From the NCBI RefSeq assembly GCF_006345805.1, contig NC_042998.1, positions 161,882,001 through 161,946,000 on the forward strand: DNA of 64,000 nt. The letters are read 5' to 3'. Below the pieces are notes generated by a model. The model saw only the letters and a program-made list of their open reading frames with translations, was not told the DNA's origin and did not search any database. Of the stretch, positions 53,903-64,000 are shown piece by piece. Each line of letters opens with the position of its first letter. Positions within the stretch are counted from its first letter, which is position 1. The position numbers and the translations under genes were made by a program. Source of the stretch: Octopus sinensis (Eukaryota).

Positions 53903-54560
53903 ATATATATATATGTACATATATATAAATGTATGTATAAGAGCAAGAGGGAGAAAGTGTTTACATCTACGAACATAAACACATAAACAAAATATTATAT
54001 CTATATTTATTTTAAATATATTGTTATAGTTTCATATATATAACTATAAAAATATAGCTAAATACATGCATATATATATATATGCGTGTATATATATGCA
54101 TGTATACATACAAGTATGTATATATATGTTTATATGTATGTAGGTGCATATATGCATACTGACATACAAAATATTTATATATGTATATATATTTGTCTAC
54201 ATTTATGTAGATATTGATAATTATCCATGTACGCAAATCTATATACATATGTATGTTTGTACATATATGTGTGTGTATATATATATATAGATAGATATGT
54301 ACATGTGTTCATATATGTATATATAGATATATATATATTTGTATACAGATACACATGTATGTATATATATATATGTATATTTGTATACACATACACATAT
54401 ATGTATGTATATATATATACTTATATGCACATACATATTGATATAAAATCTTGGTCTTTATATATATGAATGTATGTGTGTGTGTTAGTATCTGTGTATG
54501 CATTAGTGTGTATACATTCACACATACTCACACACTTATACACATACATATAAACACCCA
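53600..54560. repeat. About 1-kb compound TA/CA/TG microsatellite
   Basis: Direct inspection. Similar tracts at 3203-3325, 8215-8430, 22905-23050 and 41750-42200. Confidence 0.95.
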
Positions 54561-56029
54561 CTCATAAATATAAGAACCTGAATATGTCGTCCATATTTTT
54601 ATCCATGTTTTCTTATTTGTCATACTATTGATTAAAATAATAAAGTTTATTTTTATACATTTTGTATTACCCTTTTTTTCTCTATATTTCCTCTCCCATA
54701 TATTTTCATAATTGTTTCTTTTTTTTTATATATCTTTTGTCTTTTCTATAGTATCTAATGGCACAAATATACATATAACTGTAGGTGCGGCCACACAAGC
54801 ACTTTAAACAAGCATTTACAACACTAAATATTCATCTATTGATCCTCCTCAATCATTTCATATATTTATTGTTGTTACGCTTTTGTGTTTCTGTTTTTCT
54901 TATTCAAGTTGTAAGATGTCTTATTCTTTCAACAGAAGACTTCTTTGACTTTGTTTTACTTAACTTTTATCATCATTACTATTACAGCTGCTTTTTATAT
55001 CACTTTTATACAACATATTTTAGTTTTCCTATGCATTTTTTGTTTTAGTTTTAATTTTCTTCTCTTTATAAATGTACTTCTCTTTGTGTCTTTCTGTGTC
55101 TCTTTATGTCTTTCTAGTTCTCTCTGTGTCATTATATTATCCTATTTTCTCCCTCTGTCATCACTGTTTAACTCTGTCCTCCTCCTCACCACTCTCTCTC
55201 TCAGTCAATATTTTTTTCATTGTTTATTTATCTCTCTTCCTATTTCTTAGATTATTTAATTTTTTTTTTAATATTTTGTTTTATAATTCAAGATATTTCT
55301 ATTAAAATCATTTCATTCATATTAAAAATTCATCCTAACATGACTGTGAACGAGAGAAAATTTTGAAGAAAATAAAAAGAAAATAAGAAAAGGAATTGGA
55401 CAGGAGATTAATAGAAGGTAGTGAATAACAACACAAAGAATATCAAAAGAAATTAATGATTCAGTTTTACTTAATAATGAAACCTGATTGACCCATAATA
55501 TCTTTGGAAATTCATTTTGGATATTTTGTTATCATTATTAGGGGTGCTAAAATAATATACAATTTTATCTTTCAATTTGTTTGGTTGCTAAGAACAGCTG
55601 GTGTTTAACAATAGTTAAATGATATTAAGATATAAGCCCTGCTTAAGGTTTGTGTACAGTAATCATCACCATAATCATTATCATCATCATGATCATCATC
55701 ATCATCATCATATCCGCTTTACATTTTTGCATGTATTGGATGGAATTTTGTTGTGTTAGATTGCCTATGACCAGATGCCTTTCTTGTCACCAACCCTCAC
55801 CAGTTTCCAAGCAAAATAATATTTCCCCATGACCAGACATGTCTTTATGGAAGATTGGAAATGAAGAGCTCTACTTGCAGTTATGTGATAACAAGGCAAT
55901 GACACAGTAACACCCACCCACACATACACATGCATACATGCATATTTACATATGTATGTATTTATGTTTGTATGCATGTACGTACATACATGCATACATA
56001 CGTGTACATATATGTACATGAAGCCTGCC

Positions 56030-56092
<63 letters not shown>

Positions 56093-56289
56093 GGTGTGTG
56101 TGTATGGTAGGATTCTTGTAATTTCCTTCTACCAACTCCACTCACAAGGTTTGTTTGTCCCAGGGCTATAGCAGAGGACATCTGCTTAAGGTGTGATGCA
56201 GTGATTTTAAACCTAGAACCATGTGAAAAGGAAGCAAACTTCTTACCACACAGCCACACTTTCACATTGTTATGCAAATTAATGTTATG

Positions 56290-56895
56290 CAAATTGTGCT
56301 ATGATTTGAGTGACTTCCCTTGATATAAAGGGTATGCACATTTGATGATCAGAGAGAGAGAGGGAGTGGCTATATAGTTAAATTGTCTATGAATGGGAAC
56401 AAATCTTGCAGCTTGTATTTACTTACAAAGTCATACATTATATGTTGGAAACATGCCCTACTGTTAGTTACTCTGAATGGCATCCTAGTATACTGCCATA
56501 ATTTGCCGTCAGCTTCAAAGGCAGGAATCTGATGCTGAAACTGCCATAGATCCTTTATCATCTTTATGTGTCACAGTTGCTGCATTGCTCCTACAAAGCT
56601 TTCCAAAATGCCCTACTTTTTGGCATTTGTGACAGACTGCTTTCTGTGCAAAATGAGTGCATGGGTGTCTGGAATAACCACAAAACCAACATTGAGAGGG
56701 TTTTCCTTTTCGGATCACAGCAGAGTGTTCTTCTTCTGGCTTTGGGGATTCAATTGTCTTGGCTATGATGGGTGCCTTTGGACTGAAGTTGGCACACTCA
56801 GAGTTTGAAAAGACACTGGAACTCAGTTGCACCACATCTAGTGAACATGCTTGATCATAAGCTGTACTGAGGTCAACACTTTTGTTTTCTAATAG
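56290..56895 (-). mobile_element. Gypsy LTR retrotransposon relic (gag zinc knuckle joined to RT core)
   Basis: CHKCQKVGHFGKLC CCHC knuckle in ORF 56515-56898; AFEADGKLWQYTRMPFRVTNSRACFQ...FIDN RT motifs in ORF 56370-56561; protease region missing. Confidence 0.85.
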
Positions 56896-58462
56896 CACTG
56901 GTCAACAACAAAAAAGCTTCCAAGACCAGTAGAAATTTCCAACTAATTTTAGGTCGCTGATAATAAATATCATAGTTAAATTCGTTTGTTAGCTCTGCTT
57001 TACAAGATACACCTATGTGTCACAACAGGTTCCAACATGCTTGCGGCTGTGTTTTTTACCACACTCACAGTCTCACTACCTTTCAGTATCGTTCTAGCAA
57101 TAATAGAAGGTGGTTATGCTGTGCAAGTTTATACTCTGAGTTGAAAGATAGGTGATTTTTCCTAGTCAAACACTTTTTAAAACTTGTAATAAATATTCAT
57201 CGAGCAAGCTTTTGATATGCATGTGAGACATTTTATATTAATTTCATTCTCCTACTGAATAATATAAATAATTCTACTAAGCTGTCATGCTTTGTATGAT
57301 AATGATAAATTTAAGAATAAATTTTCTGTTTATCTTCTAATGGTTTGTTGTTTTTTTTCTTTCAGATGCCTTGTACTTGTGTGAATAAGGCAGGCAACTT
57401 CTGCTACATTTGTGGTAGGGTGACCTTTGCATCACAGAAGCATCATATAACTGCTATGGTTAGAAAGGCATATCACCTATATTTTGGATGCAAGATTGGT
57501 GACCAGAATAAGAATTGGGCTCCTCACATTTGCTGTAACACTTGTGCTACTAACCTTTGCAAATGGTTGAACAGGAAGAGGAAAAGAATGCCTTTTGCTG
57601 TGCCAATAACGTGATGGGGGTCATACCAACAATTGATATTTCTGCATGGTAACCCCAGTACAAAAAGGCTTGTCAAAGAAGAAAAAAAGAGTCCATTGAA
57701 TATTCAAACATTCTATCAGCTATTCGACCAGTTTTACATGAAGATGGTCTATCTGTTTCTGATGCACCAACATTGGTATCCTTTGATTCAGATGAGGAAA
57801 GTGGTGAGGAGGAAGCAGAAAAGGATAACAGAGCTAGATTACAGAGTGACCCAAATTTTGATGAAACACACTCCTCTAGGCCACATCTCATAACACAAGG
57901 GGATTTCCATGACCTTGTCAAAGATCTACAACTACTTGAAATTAGGGCAGAGCCTCAACAGTGGAATCTCCTAGCAGTTGATGTGAAGATTTCAAAATTT
58001 TGTTATCGTCAGCAGCAGTTCAGCAATTTCTTCACAATGGAAGGTGATTTATTGACCTGCAACAACATTAATGGTCTGATGGAAGCACTTGGTATTGAAT
58101 ACGAACCCAGTCACTAAAGACTGTTCACAGATTCATCAAAAACAAGTCTGAAAGGTGTCTTGCTGCATAATGGTAGTAGCGAACTATCAGTTCTTGTGGG
58201 CTATGCACCATGCATGAAAGAAACTTAGAAGAATATAAAACATATGTTGTAAGGCATAAGATATGATGAACATCAATGGCAGTTCTGTGGTGACTTAAAG
58301 ATTGTTGCTCTTGTAATGGGCTTGCAGGGTGGATACACCAAGCACTGCTGCTTTCTGCGTGAATGGGACAACTGTAAAAGAGGTTCCCACTATATCAGGA
58401 GAGACTAGCCACCTCGTCAGTCATTGGATCCTGGGATGAAAAATGTTCAACATCCACCTCTC
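56896..58462 (+). mobile_element. Chapaev3-like (CMC) DNA transposon, 3'-truncated
   Basis: Starts CACTG; decayed transposase from 57367 with FCYICG...YFGCKIGDQNKNWAPHICCNTC, LFTDSSKTSLKGVLLHNG and CGDLKIVALVMGLQGGYTKHCCFL; splice acceptor directly before the ATG. Family assignment is from motif recall. Confidence 0.75.
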
Positions 58463-58542
58463 CCAAAATCATGTGGCAGCAAAAGTGAGCTTCTTAACCA
58501 AACAGCTAGGAAATTTATATTTCAGTATATGTGTGTAGAGTG

Positions 58543-58770
58543 GAGGCACGTGGCTTAGTGGTTAGGGTGTCAGCATCATGATCGTAAGATTGTGATTTCG
58601 ATTCCTGTGTTCTTGAGCAAAACACTTCATTCCATATTGCTCCAGTCCACTCAGCTGGAAAAAATGAGTAACGCTGCAATGGACTGGTGTCCCATCCAGC
58701 TGGGGAATACATATGCCATAGAAACCAGGAAAATGGGCCCATGAGCCTGGCTAGGCTTTAAAAGGGTGCA
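58543..58770 (+). mobile_element. SINE with tRNA head and gatggactggNgtcccNtccag domain
   Basis: ggaggcacgtggcttagtggttaggg head; tail matches the reverse complement of 5375-5480. Confidence 0.75.
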
Positions 58771-59928
58771 AAAAAAAAAGATATGTGTGTAGAACATAGT
58801 AATTACTCATACACATAGTTTTCCAATCTACCAATAACCATGAGCTTCAGTAATCACATCACATTTATCCCAAGTGTTTTTAAAATCTTCATGAATAATT
58901 GTTTTAACTATACAGATTGTATTTAATGTCAATGAACTGTGGGAACATCTAAAAATAAAAGAAAGAAATGCAAATCTGTATTTCAGTAGTTTAAAATTTG
59001 ATTGCCCAAAGCTGTGTGAGTAAATTTGGTAGAAGGAAACTGAAAGATACTCATTGTACATATATATGGGATTAAGAAGGTCAACATCAAAATCCAAAAT
59101 TGCGATCTTGGTATGTATGCTGGGGAGTTACCTCCCTTTGTTAGTCACCTAAGACTACATTTGTGGCTTTGAGTTAGTTTAACTCTTATCTTTAGCAAAA
59201 GTGGTGCTAGTCAGTACCCTCTGTCACTTTTGTGACCTCTATTAATTTTGCCTTTGGGTTCTAATTGCTAGTAAGCCACCCTTTTTAATTTGTTGTATAT
59301 GTGTGTGTATGTGTGTGTGTGTGTACATATGTGTATGCCTTTGTGTCTGTGTTTATCCCCACCACCACTACCACCATCAATCGTCAACTGGTGTTGGTTT
59401 ATTTACATCACTTAACTTAGCAGTTTGGCAAAAGAGGTTGACAGAACAAGTACCAGACTTTTTTTTTAAAAAAGGACTATAACCCTTCAAAGCAGTACTT
59501 AAGCATCACTGTGATCCGATAAAAATAAAGATATAGAAATAAACTCAAAGAGAGGAAAACAGAAATATATTCCATGGTTGTCTTAGTAAATATCTGTTCA
59601 AAACATAGAGGAAAATAGTTTTAAAAAACAGGCAAACTATTTAAGAAAATTATAGATTAGAGTAGGTATGGGTGTGTGGTAAGAAGCTTGCTTCCCAACC
59701 ATATGGTTCTGGGTTCAGTTCCACTGCCTGGCACCTTGAGTAAATGTCTTCTATTATAGCCTTAGGTTGACCGAAGCCTTGTGAATGGATATGGTAGACG
59801 GAAACTGAAAGAAGCCTGTTGTGTGTATGTGTATGTGTGTGCGTCTTTGATTTTGTGTTTGTCACCCATCACCACTTGACAACTGATGTTGGTGTGTTTA
59901 TGTCCTTGTAACTAAAGTTTTCTTTAGA

Positions 59929-60415
59929 ATAATAATAATAATAATAAAATTATCGTATACAGTGCTCAGGTGCACCACAACTTGTCAGAAAGTGCTTATA
60001 AGGTACATGCCGTAATGTAATGTATGAGTCAGATACATGCTTGTGTGTGTATGGAGGGGAGAAAATCAGGTGTAGTGTTGGCGAATCTCAGAAAGCATGG
60101 AAGTTTTGAAGGATGCAGTGCTCCGACAACTAACAACTGATGCCAGCAGTTTGTTCCATGCTTCAGCAACGCTCAGCGTGAAAAAATGTTTCCTGAAGTC
60201 ATGGGAGCTGTGCTGTTTTCTGACTTTGTAAATATGTCCACGGGTGTTAGATGGGTGGAGTTTGAAAAGGTGCTCAGAGTTATTGTTTGTACGATGGTTG
60301 ATAATTTTATGGGTGTCTGCCAAGTCAGCTGCCAGATGTCGGAGTTTCAATGTGTCCATGCCCAGGGAAGTAAGGCGTTCAGGAACTCTCTTGTAGTATG
60401 GAAGCTCTATATAGA
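59929..60415 (-). mobile_element. CR1/L2-like LINE 3' end
   Basis: ERLTSLGMDTLKLRHL...TRGHIYKVRKQ...RKHFFTLSVAEAWNKL in ORF 60066-60536; (TTA)n tail at the left end. Confidence 0.85.
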
Positions 60416-61149
60416 TCATTTCTTGACCTAGGTCTTCTTGTAGTTCTCGTAATCTCAATGCTACAGTAGCCAATTTTGAAATTGGACTAGAAATGTCTGC
60501 ATCAAATATGGAGAAATTTACAAGAAATGCAAACAAGTATGAAAACTGGTAAGGAAATGATCAAGCAATCTTAGCAATTTACCATTGTATTCTTCCAGTT
60601 TGTGGCATTTTATTCCAAGTCAAGAAAGATAGTTACTCTTCTATTGAGACTGGGAAAGTGGATGAAATTTCTCTATGATATATGATCATTACCGTTTTAA
60701 CATTCCCTTTTCTCTGCTTGAGTGGTTTGGGTAGAGTTCATTGAGGTTAATTTTCTTTAGATAGATGCTCTTCCTGTCACCAACCTTTACCTATTTCCAA
60801 GCATGGTAATATTTCCCCCATGACCAGAAATGATTTCATGGAAGATTAAAAAGAAATGACATTACTTGTGTAACTGTGACACTCATTTACAACTGTGACA
60901 TGATGTTAAGATAAAGAGACATAAACATGCATACACACATATGAATACACACACATATATATACATATATGATTGGCTTTTTTCAGTTTCTGTCCACCAA
61001 ATCCTTTCACAAGTTTCAATCAGCCTGGGGCTATAGTAGAAGAAACCTAAGGTTTCACACAGTGGGATCAAACCCAAAACCCCATGGTTGGGAAGTGAAC
61101 TTTTTAACTACGCAGTCATGCCTGTACTTTGTAAAACTCCTTACATTAT

Positions 61150-62370
61150 ACTTTGTAAAAATTTTATTCTGAAAGCTGTAAATTGTCTGCATAACATTAA
61201 AAATAATCTTAACTCTTCCTTGGAAAACCAAGTTGATAGTTGATTATTCATTATATTTGTAAGGAACTGTAGTTCTGGTATCCATTCATCATTTTTCCAG
61301 TTGAAGATAGGGTCTTCTCTTCCCATAAATGAACATAATAACAGGGTCCCACAGATCCACAAAATTGCTCAAGACATCACTGGTTGACAGCCATTTCTCA
61401 GTGGAGTTGAAAGATACATAACTAAGTTTATCTTCAAGCTCCAGTTCTTCAAGAAACTTTCTGAAATGTCAGAGGAGCTTCCAGTTTAAGCATATAAAAT
61501 TGACAATTTCATCAACAGATTTCGTAACACCTTCATACCTGAAGTATGTGGCTACCAAGAGTTCATGGTCAAGAAAACAATGAACAAAGAAAAATCCAGG
61601 CAACTTAGGACTACTTTCCATAAATACACATACATTTTCCCCTAATTGTTGGAGGTACTTCATTGGTTGCAGTATTACTGAGTATATATAGTGAAACATC
61701 AGTATTCATGAAGTTTTTCTCTTCTGCAGTTTTCATGTCAACACCATTAACGGTCTGTGCTACCTTTTCCCCACTATCATTGTAGGTACTCCCTCTGTTG
61801 CAATATCATTGAGTATATTTAGTGAAACATCAGCATTCATGAAGGCTCTCTCCTCTGCATTTTTCATGTCAACACCATTAGCTGTTTCTTTTCATGTCAC
61901 CAAGTCCAACAATACTTTTTTTTAACTGTTATAGTAGAGAAAACACAATAAACAAAAAGCTGCCACTTGTTGATTGTCTTGCATGTCTGTGGATTCATCC
62001 AGAGCTAAGCTGAATGCCAGGAAATTCTTTTAATCATTTTACATTTTGTTTGCAACATCAGCACCAATCTGGGGGATGTATGCATCTTTGAAGTACATCA
62101 AGTTGGTGTTTGTGCTATTAGTCATTAAAGCTTAGTGGGGTCTTTCTACTTTGATCAAAAGATTTAACAACTTCAGCAGTATTCTTCTTAGTAAAACATC
62201 ATCAGAATATTGCTGTTTAGTATGATGGATATTACCCCATGGTGTAATAAAATTAGCATCAGTCGTTGTATTGGCTTCACTACTGAATCTTGTCAATATT
62301 ATCTACTGGCTATTTAGAGATGATTTTAACCCAATTAAATTACTTTTCTGTAATTCTGATTTAGGCGGCG
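61150..62370 (-). mobile_element. hAT transposase relic (Buster/SPIN/GTF2IRD2-like)
   Basis: Minus-strand FSLALDESTD near 62020-61995, HCFLDHELL...VDEIVNFI (CxxH region) and EWIPELQFL; many stops and indels. Confidence 0.8.
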
Positions 62371-62976
62371 GCTAATCATGCAAAATGTTTGTGAGACTTG
62401 CTTCATAATAGCACTTCAAGTTACTGACTTTGTAATGACTGAGTGAAACACGGTAGTTAAGAAACAAGGTTTTTACTTCTTTAATGGCAACATAACCACA
62501 CATATCCCTCTCCTTTTCTTCTTCTACATCTGTATCATCATCATCATCATCATTACTGTTCTGCAACTCTTCACTCTTCCTTTCTCACCACCCTTTTAGC
62601 TTTCCCCTTTCTTCTACCTTCGCTAACCTTGTCTACCATTGGTTATCTGTCAATTCTACCAATTTTCTATACCTGAGAACCTACTCTTCCTGTTTCCCTG
62701 CCTTTCTTTACTTAACCCTTCACATTTGTTCTTAACTATATCCTCCCTCTTACCTTTACTCTATCTCTAACCATCTCTCACTCCTTCATAGGATAATGCA
62801 ACCTCTGCCTCCCCTTCCTCTCTTTCTGTTCTCCTGCCCTCACTCACTTCCACTACTTTAATTCCTTTCTAGCTTTGTCCCAGTCATTTCCAAACTCTTT
62901 TCTGCAATGTGAATAAACCAGTCACTCCTCAACAACAAAATGCCTCTCCTGGCACCTCCTCTCACACTCTAATGGC

Positions 62977-63308
62977 TAGTGGTTCACAAATGGGGTCCTG
63001 AGGATCCATATAAGATATTGCGGGGGGGGGGGTCCATGTAACAAAATAGTAAATTGGGGATCCACAATAGTATTTTAAAGGTCCCTGAAAATATTTTGCT
63101 TTAGATGAATGTATTGGTATATATTGCAAGAAACAGTAAGGTTTCTTTCTCCAACATTTTACATAGTTTGGCCATCACAAGTTGATATGTAAAAAAATCA
63201 AAATAAGAATTTTAAAAGGAGTGTCTATAAAACAAGTTTTCAAACTTCAAATGGCTATGGGGGTCTATCAGAATAAAAAATAGTAATCAAGGGGTTGAGA
63301 ACTCCCTG
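62977..63308 (+). mobile_element. hAT MITE, second copy
   Basis: tagtggttcacaa ... ttgagaactccctg; flanks ctctaatg/ctctaatc; homologous to 43877-44152. Confidence 0.75.
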
Positions 63309-64000
63309 CTCTAATCCCTCTTTACCTAGCATAAAATTACCTACCCCACTCTATATTTTAGACCCTATGCAATGAATGGGGAGCTAAGTTTTGCAGGCTG
63401 CATCACGGTCTCACTAGTGCTGGTGCCATGTTAAAGGCATTGGGCACACTCAGTGAAATGGTTGGCATTAGGAGGGGCATCTAGCTGCAGAAACTATGTC
63501 AAAGTAGATAATGGCTACAATTTACACTTTGGACCTGTCAGATGCTGTAAGAGTATCCAATCCATGCTAGGAATGTTAAACAATAATACTCATAGATACA
63601 ACATATGATCACTCCCCAAAATATTTAACTATTTAAAAAATATTGAATGCTTCTTCTATTGTTTTATCAAACATCTCTCTCCCTGTATATGTGTATGTGT
63701 GTGCATGTGTGTATAGACATATATATATATATAAATAGATGAGTGTATTTTACCTTGTTAACAATTAACACGGATAAATGAATGAATAGTTACCAGGGCA
63801 GCAAAAATCTCACAAGTAAAGATGTTGTAACTCCTTGTTTATAAAGGTTGAAACTTCGTGTTTACGTTGAATATTTGAATAATATGAATAAAAAATGGAG
63901 TTATCATATAACGTATTTTTAAACAATATTAATAGCGTTCTGTCTATCGCTATACGAATCCATCATTTTTTGCTAAAATGTCGTATTGACAAGTTTCGTT

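Noticed and set aside
63740-64000. CpG-richer segment at the window end, possibly a young TE
   Set aside because: Cut off by the window boundary; no diagnostic motif visible.

Overview
Eukaryotic, very AT-rich, repeat-dense DNA, most likely intronic or intergenic sequence from a coleoid cephalopod (octopus-like). That taxon call is an inference from the SINE families and the TA/CA/ATC microsatellite load. No intact host protein-coding gene can be recognised; most ORFs in the track are microsatellite read-through. The identifiable content is: at least four tRNA-head or RTE-tail SINE families in dozens of copies; a near full-length decayed maT (DD37D) Tc1/mariner transposon; an internally deleted Helitron with an open PIF1-helicase fragment; a Chapaev3-like transposon abutting a Gypsy gag/RT relic; a hAT (Buster/GTF2IRD2-like) relic and hAT MITEs; piggyBac-type MITEs; CR1-like and RTE LINE 3' fragments; and several foldback elements. 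The most notable unexplained signal is a near-canonical type I hammerhead ribozyme motif at 31396-31453. Others are a 3' hairpin tail shared by a LINE and the dominant SINE with compensatory changes, an 88-bp duplication flanking a mariner element, a rearranged inverted-repeat locus at 49.7-51.2 kb, and weak candidate small exons. Repeat boundaries are approximate unless termini are quoted.
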